Part shown: one piece after another, positions 26,824 to 45,189 of the stretch
Layout: every line of letters starts with the position of its first letter
Numbering within the stretch: position 1 is the first letter of the stretch
Assembly (NCBI RefSeq): GCF_009914755.1
Contig: NC_060947.1
Length of the DNA: 64,000 nt
From: the human T2T-CHM13v2.0 reference genome, Homo sapiens
Strand: one strand, 5' to 3'
Notes under the pieces: model-generated
Told to the model about the DNA's origin: nothing
Database searches by the model: none
What the model saw: the letters and a program-made list of their open reading frames with translations, nothing else
Translations under genes and position numbers: made by a program

Positions 26824-27526
26824 TTTATTGAAAACTACAATGGTACTTTGAGAGCTGAGTGGGTATCTCTGGAAGGGCCTATGAGAGAAACAATTAGAAA
26901 GTCTTCTAAGTGACTTGTCTGGGGATCAGCAGAGGGACCTGCTTGGGGACTAGAAAGTGGACTTCCTATGGGAAACATAGGGGTCCATGCTGTGAGTCCT
27001 GCAAGAGGGCATGCTGAGAGACATGCTAGGGAATACATGTGAAGTCATACAAGGAGACTTATTGTGAGGCCTGGAGGGAGACATGCTCTGAGTCCTATAA
27101 AGAGGGCATGCTGAGAGACATGCAAGAGGATATGCCATGAGTCCTACAAGAGGACTTGCTGTGAGTCCTGAAAAAGGCCATTCTGTGAGTCGTTCAAAGA
27201 AACCTGTGGTAAATCCTGCAAGATGACATGCTAAGAGACTTGTTATGGTGTTTGCTGTGAGTCCTACAAAGAAATGTGCTGAGCGTCCTACCAGAGAATA
27301 TGCTGAGACAAGCAAAGCAATGAATTGTGAGATCTTCAAAGAGACGTCCTGTGAGTTCTGCACAGATATTTGTTCTGGGATGGGCAAGAACTACTGTGAG
27401 TCCCACAAGGAGACCTCTTATGATGCCTGAAAGGGAACTTGTTCTGGGAGCTGCAATGGGACTTACCATAAAACCAACAGAAGCATATGCTGGGGAAACT
27501 TCAAGATCTGCAAAACAGTTAACTCA
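26824..27526 (+). pseudogene. Disrupted repeat-coding exon (SPxR-repeat basic polypeptide) of an unidentified gene
   Basis: Acceptor ttttctgtttttctttcaacAG ends at 26823; donor CA|GTAAGT at 27527. GC-richer than flanks. 21-24-bp GCTGTGAGTCCT-core repeats. The reading frame is recoverable with 2 indels and 4 TGA. Confidence 0.6.
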
Positions 27527-27814
27527 GTAAGTTTTGTACATTTGCCTTTTCATATAACAGGTCTAATGTGTATTATAATTTTAAAATAAGATTGCAATTT
27601 TCACATGCCCACACTTGTCACCAAGTGTGAATCTAAAGACCTTATGTAGGCATTGTGTTAAAGAATTTTAGAGAAAGGATCTTATATCTTGTGATTTTAG
27701 AAAAACCCCTCTTATTAAAAAGGAACAGTTTAAAGAAAACGTGCTTTGAATTTACCTTCATTTTTCCTCACTTCAAGGTAGGAAGTGTTGAAAAGGAGAA
27801 AACACTATACTGAC

Positions 27815-31285
<3,471 letters not shown>

Positions 31286-31439
31286 GTATTTCTATAAACT
31301 GACCTAACATTTGAAAAATTATAAAGCCACCTTTTAGAAAGATAGTTATCACTTGAATGCATTTCCCCTCCCAAAACACTAAATATGGAAAATATTTTAT
31401 CATTTTTAATATTCAAAACAATTTTATAGATTAAATGAC

Positions 31440-32490
31440 AAAGACTTCATGAAGAAAATGCCAAAAGCAATTTCAACAAAAGTCAAAATTGACAAATGAG
31501 ATCTGATTAAACTAAAGAGCTTCTGTGCAGCAAAAGAAACTATCATCAGCGTGAACAGGCAACCTACAGAATGGGAGAAAATTTTTGCAATCTACCCATT
31601 TGACAAAGGTCAAATATCCAGAACCTACAAGTAACTTAAACAAATTTACAAGAAAAAAACAAACAACCCCATCAAAAAGTGAACAAAGAATATGAACAGA
31701 CACTTCTCAAAAGAAGACATTTATGCAGCCAACAAACCTACAAAAAAAAAGCTGAACATCACTGATTGTTGGAGAAATGCAAATCAAAACCACAATGAGA
31801 TACCATCTCATGCCAGTTAGAATGGCGATCGTTAAAAAGCCATGAAACAATAGATGCTGGCGAGGCTGTGAAGAAATAAAAATGCTTTTACGCTGTTGGT
31901 GGAAATGTAAATTAGTTTAAACATTGTGGAAAACTGCGTGGTGATTCCTTAAAGATCTGGAACCTGTAATACCATTTGACCCAACAATCGCATTACTGGG
32001 CATATACCCAAAGGAATATAAATCATTCTACTGTAAAGACAAATGCACATGTATGTTTATTGCAGCACTATTTTCAATAGCAAAGACATGGAACCAACCC
32101 AAATGTCCATCAATGATAGACTGGAAAAAGAAAATGTGACACATATACACCATAGAATACTATGCAGCCATAAAAAAGAATGAGATCATGTCATTTGCAG
32201 GGATATAGGTGAAGCTGGAAGCCATCATCATCAGCAAGCTAACACAAGAACAGAAAACCAAATACCTCATGTTCTCACTCATAAGTGGGAGTTGAACAAT
32301 GAGAACACATAGACACAGAATGGGAACAACACACACACTGGAACCTGTTTGGGGGTGGTGGGCGAGGGGAGGGAACTTAGATGACGGGTCAATAGGTGCA
32401 GCAAATCACCATGGCACATGCATACCTATGTAACGAACATGCACGTTCTGCACATGTATCCCAGAACTTAAAGTAAAAATTTTTTAAAAA
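31440..32490 (+). mobile_element. L1PA (about L1PA8-10) 3' fragment
   Basis: aagacttcatga...aaactaaagagcttctg...3'UTR...cccagaacttaaagtaaaa. Confidence 0.92.
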
Positions 32491-32954
32491 GAATACTACA
32501 GATACTAAGATAAAGTGGTTTAGGTGTTTACTATGGAGTAGAAATGACAGAAAATACCATAGTAAATATGTTTACAATGGAAAACAATTAAATGACAAAC
32601 GTATAAAATAAATAGACTGTAAAGACAATTCAAGTGACAATGTTAAATTATCCTGTAGGCTATTTTCCACTTGAGCAACATAACAAGGTTTCAGAATTCA
32701 CCAAAAATATCATGTATTTTTTCAGTTTTCACTTGTTTCACAGTTTTAATATTTATTAAAACATAAACGTAAAGCACTGTTTGCTTTACTGATTTTGAAT
32801 CAATGTATCATTTATTGTTTTATTATGACAATAGGAAAATACTTAGTATGGTGGGGGTCAAAGTCTCTTGGCCCCCTAAAGTTTCACTGGAAAATTACTG
32901 GCATGAGGTAAATTGATTGAAAATTTATTTAACATGTATACTCAGAAATCTTCC

Positions 32955-33295
32955 CAATGGAATACTCTTCAGCCATAGAAAAGAATGAGATCATATTCTT
33001 TGCAGAGACGTGGATGGAGCTGGAGGCCATTATACTCAGCAAACTAACACAGGGACGTAAAACCAAACATTGCATGTTCTCACTTATAAGTGGGAGCTAA
33101 ATAATGAAAACACATGGAAACAGAGAGGGGAACAATGGACACTGGGCTCTACTTAAGGGTGGAAGCTGTGAAGAGGAAGGGAACTAGGAAAAATAACTAA
33201 TGGGTACTATGCTTAATACCTGGGTGATGAAATAATCTGTACAACAAACTCCATACCATAAGTTTACTTGTATAACAAGCCTGCACATGTACCTC
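32955..33295 (+). mobile_element. Older L1PA 3' end; its last ~35 bp resume at 45749 after the MER41 provirus
   Basis: ...cctgcacatgtacctc | provirus | cccctagacctaaaataaaagt. Confidence 0.88.
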
Positions 33296-33689
33296 TGTTA
33301 CAGAAAAGGGGTCCGGATTCAGAACCCAAGAGAGGGTTCTTGAATTTCACATAAGAAAGAATTCAGAGTGAGTGTATACAGTAAAGTGAAATCAAGTTTG
33401 TTAAGAAAGTAAAGGCATAAAAGAATGGCTACTCCACAGAAAAAGAAGCACTGAGGGCTGCTAGTTGCCCATTTTTATGGTTATTTCTTGATGATATGCT
33501 AAACAAAGGATGGATTATTCATGCTTCCCCTTTTTAGACCATGTAGGGTAACTTCCTGACATTGCCATAGCATTTGTAAACTGTCATGGCGCTGATGGAA
33601 GTGTAGCAGCGAAGAAGACCAGAGGTCAATCTTGTAGCCATCTTGGTTTTGGTGAGTTTTAGCTGGCCTTTTTTTACTGCAACTGTTTT

Positions 33690-36600
33690 TTTTTTTTTTT
33701 TTCTTTTATGCTTTAAGTTCTGGGATACCTGAGCAGATTTGTTACATAGGTATACACGTGCCATGGTGGTTTGCTGCACCCATCAAACCGTCATCTACAT
33801 TAGGTATTTCTCCTAATGCTATCCCTCCTCTAGTCCCCCACCCCCTGACAGACCCCAGTGTGTGATGTTTCCCTCCCTATGTCCATGTGTTCTCTTTGTT
33901 CAACTCCCACTTATGAATGAGAACATGTAGTGTTTGGTTTTCTGTTCCTGTGTTAGTTTGCTGAGGTTGATGGTTTCCAGCTTCATCCATGTCTCTGCAA
34001 AGGACATGAACTCATCCTTTTCAATGGCTGCATAGTATTCCATGGTGTATATGTGCCACAGTTTCTTTATCCAGTCCATCAAAGATGGGCATTTGGGTTG
34101 GTTCCAAGTCTCTGCTATTGTGAATAGTGCCACAATAAACATACGTGTGCATGTGTTTTCATAGTAGAATGATTTATAATCCTTTGGGTACATATCCAGT
34201 AATGGGATGGCTGGGTCAAATGGTATTTCTAGTTCTAGATCCTTGAGGAATGGCCACACTGTCTTCCACAATGGTTGAACTAGTTTACAGTCCCACCAAC
34301 AGTGTAAAAGCGTTTCTATATCTCAACATCCTCTCCAGCATCTGTTGTTTCCTGACTTTTTAATGATCACCATTCTAAATGGCATGAGATGGTATCTCAT
34401 TGTGGTTTTGATTTGCATTTCTCTAATGACCAGTGATGATAAACTTTTACTCATATGTTTGTTGGCCGCATAAATGTCTTCTTTTGAGAAGTGTGTGTTC
34501 ATATCCTTCACCCAATTTTTGATGGTTTTTTTTTTTTTTCTCGTAAATTTGTTTAAGTTACTTGTAGGTTCTGGATATTAACCCTTTGTCAGATGGATAG
34601 ATTGCAAAAATTTTCACCCATTCTGAAGGTAGCCTGTTCACTCTGATGATAGTTTCTTTTGCTGTGCAGAAGCTCTTTAGTTTAATTAGATCCCATTTGT
34701 CAATTTTGGCTTTTGTTGCCATTGCTTTTGGTGTTTTACCCATGAAGTCTTTGCCCATTCCTATATCCTGAATGGTACTGCCTAGATTTTCTTCTGGGGT
34801 TTTTGTGGTTTTAGGGCTTACATTTAAGTTTTTAATCCATCTTGAGTTAATTTTTGTATAAGGTGTAAGGAAGGGGTCCAGTTTCAGTTTTCTACACATG
34901 GCTAGCCAGTTTTCCCAACATCATTTATTAAATAGGGAATCCTTTCCCCATTGCTTGCTTTTGTCAGGTTTGTCAAAGATTAGATGGTTGTAGATGTGTG
35001 GCATTATTTCTGAGGCCTCTGTTCTGTTCCATTGGTCTATATATCTGTTTGGTACCAGTACCATGCTGTTTTGGTTATTACTGTAGCCTTGTAGTGTTGT
35101 TTGAAGTCAGGTGGCGCGATGCCTCCAGTTTTGTTTTTTTGCTTAGGATTGTCTTGGCAATGCAGGCTCTTTTTTGGTTCCATATGAAATTTAGAGTAGT
35201 TTTTCTAATTCTGTGAAGAAAGTCAATGGTAGCTTAATGGGAATAGCATTGAGTCTATATATTACTTTGGGCACTATGACCATTTTCACAATATTGATTC
35301 TTCCTATCCATGAGCATGGAATGTTTTTCCATTTGTTTGTGTCCTCTCTTATTTCCTTGTGCAGTGGTTTGTAGTTCTCCTTGAAGAGGTCCTTCACATC
35401 CTTTGCAAGTTGTATTCCTAGGTATCTTATTCTCTTTGTAGCAATTGTGAATGGGCGTTCACTCATGATTTGGCTCTCTGTTTGTCTATTATTGGTGTAT
35501 AGGAATGCTTGTAATTTTTGCACATTGATTTTGTATCCTGAGATTTTGCTGAAGTTGCTTCTCAGCTTAAGGAAATTTTGGGCTGCGACGATGGGGTTTT
35601 CTAAATATACAATCATGTTATCTGCAAACAGAGACAATTTGATTTCCTCTTTTCCTATTTGAATACCATTTATTTCTTTCTCTTGTCTGATTGCCCTGGC
35701 CAGAACTTCCAGTACTATGTTGAGTAGGAGTGGTGAGAGAGGGCATCCTAGTATTGTGCCGGTTTTCAAAGGGAATGCTTCCAGCTTTTGCCCGTTCAGT
35801 ATGATATTGGTTGTGGGTTTGTAATAAATAGCTCTTACTATTTTGAAATACGTTCCATCAGTACCTAGTTTACTGAGAGTTTTTAGCATGAAAGGGTGTT
35901 GATTTTATCAAAGGCCTTTTCTGTATCTATTGAGATAATCATGTGGTTTTTGTCATTGGTTCTGTTTATGTGATAGATTACACTTATTGATTTGTGTATG
36001 TTGAACCAGCCTTGCATCCCAGGGATGAAGCTGACTTGGTCATGGTCAATAAGCTTTCTGATGTGCTGCTGGATTCGGTTTGGCAGTGTTTTACTGAGGA
36101 TTTTCGCATCAAATTTCATCAGGGATATTGACCTGAAATTTTCTTTTTTTGTTGTTTCTCTGCCAGGTTTTGGTATCAGGATGATGCTAGCCTCATAAAA
36201 TGAGTTAGGGAGGAGTCCACCTTGTTCTATTGTTTGGAATAGTTTCAGAAGGAGTGATACTAGCTCCTCTTTGTACCTCTGGTAGAATTAGGCTGTGAAT
36301 CTGTCTGATCCTGGGATTTTTTTAGTTGATAGGCTGTTAATTACTGGCTGAATTTCAGAACTTGTTATTTGTCTATTCATGGATTCAACTTCTTCCTGGT
36401 TTAGTCTTGGGAGGGTGTATGTGTCCAGGAATTTATCCATTTCTTCCAGATTTTCCAGTTTATTTGCACTGAGTTTTTTATAGTATTCTCTGATTGCAAT
36501 TTGTACTTCTGTGAGATCAGTGATGATATCCCCTTTATCATGTTTTATTATGTCTATTTGATTCTTCTCTCTTTTTTTCGTTAGTCTGGCTAGCAGTCTA

Positions 36601-37746
36601 TCTATTTTTTTAACTTTTTTAAAAAACCTGCTCCTGAATTCATTACTTTTTTGATGGGTATTTCATTTCTCTATCTCCTTCAGTTCTGCTCTGATCTTAG
36701 TTATTTCTTGCCTTCTGCTGGCTTTTGAATTTGTTTGCTCTTACTTCTCTACTTATTTTAATTGTGATGTTAGGCATCAATTTTAAATCTTTCCTGCTTT
36801 CTCCTGTGGGCATTTAGTGCTATGAATTTCCCTCTAACCACTGCTTTGGCTGTGTCCCAGAGATTCTACTGCGTTGTGTCTTTGTTCTCATTGGTCTCAA
36901 AGAACTTATTTATTTCTGCCTTCATTTCGTTATTTACCCAGTAGTCATTCAGGAGCAGGTTGTTCAGTTTCCATGTAATTGTGTGGTTTTGTGTGAGTTT
37001 CTTAATCCTAAGTTCTAATTTGATTGCATTGTGGTTTGAGAGACTGTTATAATTTCCATTCTTTTACATTTGCTGAAGAATGTTTTACTTCCAATTATGT
37101 GGTCAGTTTTAGAATAAGTGTGATGTGGTGCTGAGAAGAATATATATTCTGTTGATTTGGGGTGAAGAGTCCTGTAGATGTCTCTACTGGCAGCAAGAAT
37201 TTCAAGCCAGTGGATCTTAGCTTGCTGGGCTCCCTGGGGGTGGGATCCGCTGAACTAGACCACTTGGTTCCCTGGCTTCAGCCCCTTTTCCAGGAGAGTG
37301 AATGGTTCTGTCTCACTGGCATTTCAGATGCCACTGGTGTTTGAAAAAATACCTCTTCAGCTAGCTCGGTTTCTGCCCGAATGACCACCCAGTTTTGTGC
37401 TTAAAACCTAAGGCCCTGGTAGTAGTAGGCACCCAAGAGAATCTCCTGGTCTGCAATTTGAGAAGACTATGGGAAAAGCATAGAATCTGGGCCAGAATGC
37501 ACCATTTTTCACTGCACAGTCCCTCACAGCTTCCCTTGGCTCGGCGAGGGAATATCCTGACCCCTTGCACTTCCTGGGTGAAGTGCTTAAGCTCGCCCTC
37601 CATGGCTGTACCCAGTGTCTAACCTGTCCCAGTGAGATGAGCCAGGTACCTCAGTTGGAAATGCAGAAATCCCCCACCTTCTGTATTGATCTTGCTGGGA
37701 GCTGCAGACCGAAGCTGTTCCTATTCATCCATCTTCACCCCAAGGG
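33690..37746 (-). mobile_element. L1PA (about L1PA7/8) inserted in the MER41 3' LTR; 5'UTR start fused directly to ORF2
   Basis: RT remnant 35191..35889; 5'UTR 37187-37740. TSD tgcaactgtttt (33678-33689) / tgcaacctgtttt (37747-37759). Confidence 0.93.
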
Positions 37747-39375
37747 TGCAACCTGTTTTATTAGCAAGGTCTTTATGACGTATGTCTGTACCAACCTCCT
37801 ATCTCATCCTATGACTTAGAATTCCTTAATTATCTGGGAGTGCAACCCAGTAGGTCTCAGCATCATTTTACGCAGCCCCTACACAACATGGAATTGCTCT
37901 GTTTCACACCTTTCTGATGTTTCCCCCCTCCCTTTTACAAGAGAATTTTTAATCCCAGGGGTTGCAGATGGACAAATATTCATCTTCTGTAACTTTTTCA
38001 GGCTGAATAGGGGCAATGACATTTCTCCATAACTCTTAGGGTCTCTTGTATTTGGGGTAGAGAGGAGCTCAGTCAGAAAGCATTTGTATGTCAAGAGCCA
38101 TTTATGAATCTTGAGTTTTGACAAGAGGTAATATCTGGAAGTTTAATAAGTATTCAGTTAAAAAAATTCAGTAAACTTATCCTGCATTCCTACCCAAAGA
38201 GTATAACAGCAATATATTCCACAAAAGTAAAGCCAAAAATTATTTAAAGTAAACTACATTAGAAGATTTATCATAAACTGGGCAACTGTTGGAACCAAGC
38301 TGATATGGGGTCGCTAGCTGATATTAATAAGCTTAGAATTAGAATATTGATTTAGATTTTTATATTACCCATCCCTCTTGTTTTTTCTGAGCAGCAGTTA
38401 GACATTACTGGTTGGTTTACAGGAAAAGTCAGGGTTAGCTTAAATTGTAGAAACAAACTTAAAAACAACAGATGAGACTAGAATTTAATAACAAGTGTAC
38501 CATAGTTCTTGAAACATAATTTTTCTTTTTTCAGTTTCCCATTTTTACTAAAGATAAATCATGGCAAGACTGATTTGCTTTATTGTACCTGGCCAGATTA
38601 TTTGTATAAGGTGCAGCAAGAACAATTATGTTTTACGTAAGCTTTTTTAAATTGGCTTTGATAGAACTTTGTTCTGTAGAAGGAATCTTAGATAAGACTT
38701 TTGTAGAACCAAGCTCTGCCATGGGTTTGTACCCTTAAATACCTATGAGTTGAGTAAATTTCTCTCCTCTTGGGGTTTCAAGATAACTTGGCACTCCTGG
38801 GCCTGTGAGAAAGTGACATTCTTTACTTACCACAGGTCAGAAACCCTGTACAGTGACTGTGTAGGCAAGGTATGAGCTGAGTTTCCCAAGGGGATTTATT
38901 GGCTTTACAAGTCAAAAACGATTTCTTAAAGGAAAGCATGCCATTCCAGTCAAATAACCAGTTTTTCCAATTGTGTCCTGTTACAGAAGAAAACAGATTC
39001 TTTTCGCACTTATGCAAATAACTATACTGCCGTAGTTAAGAATACTCACAAATAGTTTTCAAATTCTGGAGAAATTAGGTACAGAGAAACAAATGTGCTC
39101 CAAATTTTGTTTACAGAACTATATTTTACTAAATTGTTAAAAGCTGTAAATAGCTCAAAATCAAAGTTTCTTTGACTCTAAAAAACAAAACAAAAGATTA
39201 GCAATGTTTTAAGCAAAAAAAGTTTAAAAAGTTTACTTTACTTTTTTATTGGTTCAATTGATTTTGATACTTTCTGTTTGATATTAATGAACATTTCAGC
39301 TTTTTATGAGAGTTGTGAAAATGTTTTCTGTATTTTAAAGCCACAATTTCCAAAGTTATTAGAAACCTGCCCTCA

Positions 39376-39679
<304 letters not shown>

Positions 39680-41447
39680 AATGTCTAATAGAGTTCTACA
39701 GTTGATTATATACCACCTTTTAAAGAGAATTAAAACAAGAAAACAATTGTTTGTGGATGAGGAATATTTTAGGGCAGCCACAGTTAAAAACACAATTGAC
39801 AAAAAATATTGGTTAACTTTGTGCCATACATGATTTTATGTAATAATTATAATTATTATAACTTACATTAAGTCATATTAGAATTACAGGAGTTTCCCAT
39901 AATTTTGGAACATAAACCGATAACATTTACACAAATATAGCCCAAAGAAAACCAAACACCATTTCATATTTGACAATGCTTCCTGTATGATTTTTACACC
40001 AAATAAGCCAAATGTTACTGTTGCATTATTTCATTATTGATGTCAAACTCAATTTTAAATAAAACCTTATAGACAAATATATTTACCTTTAATCAGTTTG
40101 AACATAAGGTAAAATTTTTATAAGGTTTTTACAACCCTTTACAAATTTGTGTTAAAGTGCAGATTACACACAGGTTTTTGCTTTAAGAAAATCCTGTTTC
40201 ATTTTTATTCCAATGTTCACTTCACAGAAAAAATGAATACCCCTTTAACTTTAGCCAATATTCTGTATTTACACACAGAATTTCTTTTACAAATTTTTTT
40301 TCACAAACCTTCCACAACTTGCTTAAACCTTTAGCTTTGTCCTAATTTAAAACAATCCTTTAGCCCTTTAGGCAAAAAAACCCACATTTCCATGCCTTTT
40401 TATAATCTTCTAACAAAAACACATTTTACTTTCCTTACACACTTTGACTGTAAAATTATTTGTTTTTTTTTTTTGTAGCCTTAAACACATGTTACACTGT
40501 TAAGTTTTAGCAACTTTTGGTGGAAACATTGGTAAGTTTGCGATTTTAATTATGTACTAGGTGTGGAGCTTAGGACTCAGACAGAAGTGCAGATAAGGTA
40601 TGACTCTTCTTAGCATCTAACTCCATGTGTTCCAGGCCTTACCTAGCTGTAAAGAAAGAAAGTTGTACAGTTATGAGTCATAGTGGCATTTTATGAAGCA
40701 TTAAGGAAGCCTAATCACCTTTAAATTGTACAACATTTCTTGCATAACTTATTTTTTATAAATTCTTTTATGACATACACAGACCATCTACAACATGCTA
40801 AGATTTTTGACTTGTCCTAAACATTTATTTTTTTTTAACAACCAGTTATTTTACTTTAGGACAAGGGTGTACCATGAGAGATCCTTTCTTATATAAAATA
40901 CCTTTTCTTTATAACCTTCTTTGCATAGCTAGGGGGCATGGCTAATTCCACATGTCCCCAGGCTTTATTTGGAATTTAATGCTCCAAAATAGGTAAATTG
41001 AATAATTTTTAAAAGTCAAAGATACAGTTTATGACCTTAAAGCATTTAGCAAACCTAATATCTGACCTGCATAATTTAGACCAAATGTTTACATTTTTGA
41101 AGATATTTTTATTTTGCCAATAATTTTTAAGACTGTCTTTATTTTCAAAATATTACTTAACTCACATGAACTAAATAAAAGGCATTACTTTTTTTACTTT
41201 TTTGACAAAATATTTTATTTAAGCACTTATTATTCTTAAACCAATTTATCAAAGCTCTCTTGTATATAAACATTACATAGACAACACATATAAATACACA
41301 GACAGACAGAAAGTAAAGGATTCATTCCCTAAGCCAGGAATTAGGCCCTAAACCTGGGCTGCTATTGTGAAAAGAGAAAGCATAGCCACGTGATTACAAG
41401 GTCAAGCTCCCAAAGACATGACTGACCAGGTTCCTGGGCCATCTTGA

Positions 41448-43951
<2,504 letters not shown>

Positions 43952-45171
43952 GAAAAGTGGGTTTATGGGATCCCAGTCACACATTCTATTCTAAGGTACC
44001 CCTCATTATGACAGAACAATACAGAAATGTACACAAAGCACACCAGATTCACTGCAGCTTAAGATTAGCTCCAAAAGTTCTCTTTTCCATTAAGCAAAAG
44101 CTTTACAGAGGAGATAAACAGTGATTTTGCCATTCATTCAACCAATTTGCACAGAGAGAGGGATAGAGTGGGGCCAGAAGTCTGACTAGTAAGAAATTCT
44201 TACCCTTTTGCCAGCATGACAGACTTCTGGATTTCCTTTCCCTGAGTGGCCCTGGTGACCTGGCTTGCTGCACCATAGCCCTGGGGGCCAAGCCGCAACA
44301 CAAAGTAAAATTATCTTTTTCCATCTGGCCAGAGCAAAATACTTGTGAAAAAACATAGACATTAGCCACTCTGCTTAGTACCTAATATTAATCTGGCAAA
44401 GCTCAAACTTGCCCCCAGTTGGGCCCCATAATTGTTAAGCCAATCTCTGACCAGGAGTTTCAACTTGTGCTCTCTGGACAAGATGGTCACCCTGAGTAAT
44501 AGAAAAGATAGGAAAGAGAAAGGAGAAAGAAACGCGTAGCCTGTGGCAGGGTGGGGAAGGTGAAAAGCTCAGGGAAGCCAGAGAAAGACGCACCCATTGC
44601 AGTGACACCAAATCCAAAGTTTAGGGAGCTGCTTGTTGGTCATGAAGGGATTATTTCCAACAGTCCCATCGGTTCTCAAGTTTCCCCTTTTCGTGAGAAA
44701 AAAGCTCCCCATGTCCCACCATCCTGTACATGCCTAATCCTATTACCCACAGCTGTTAGCAAAGAGTGCAAGGCAGATTATTCCAAAGAGAATGGCTGTT
44801 AATATCCCTTAGTGCCAAACCCGTTCTTAGACAAAAGAAAATTTACTGAGAGGGACCTCTATCCTAGCTGAATCTTAGGAGGGACTCTAGCCCTTCTAAG
44901 TTAGCCCTCTAACCTAAGGTCAGTCAAGCATCCTTGCTTTTTATTAAGAGGGGTCTCTGTCTTAGTAGAGACTCTAACTCCCTTAAGTTGGGTTTATAAG
45001 CCAATCCCATTTTTTACCTGGGTACCCCACCACTTACTCAAAGTCAGCCAATTAGTGCTTTGGGTTGGGGGGTTCCTTCAGTACTGCCTTTTCAGGGTTC
45101 ACTAGAAAGATATTGCTGGACCCCGCCACTTACACAAAGTTAGTCTTTGAGTTGGGGGTTTTCACATTATA

Positions 45172-45189
45172 ATCCCTTTATAGTCACCA
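45172..45189 (-). other. Retroviral primer binding site, probably tRNA-Arg type
   Basis: Minus strand TGGTGACTATAAAGGGAT just inside the 5' LTR; resembles the complement of a tRNA-Arg(TCG) 3' end with CpG decay (from memory). Confidence 0.65.

Noticed and set aside
26989-27404. CRISPR-like or AP-1 site array
   Set aside because: Eukaryotic context, degenerate short units with no unique spacers and no cas genes; the core is TGAGTCC, not the AP-1 TGAGTCA
26986-27430. Cys-rich alternative frame (CCESCKRAC*ETC...) with TGA at Cys-like positions, suggesting a selenoprotein or keratin-associated/metallothionein-like gene
   Set aside because: That frame has about twice as many stops, including TAG and TAA. 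No SECIS was recognised. The TGC/TGA pattern is the shifted-frame shadow of the GCT-GAG/GCT-GTG codons.
26835-27469. Minus-strand ORFs (145, 91 and 67 aa) over the repeat island
   Set aside because: Best explained as antisense shadows of a triplet-periodic repeat; the splice signals support the + strand
37180-37195. Spliced L1 (SpIRE) interpretation of the 5'UTR-ORF2 fusion
   Set aside because: The 5'UTR breakpoint is not followed by GT in the consensus I recall; treated as a deletion unless shown to be recurrent
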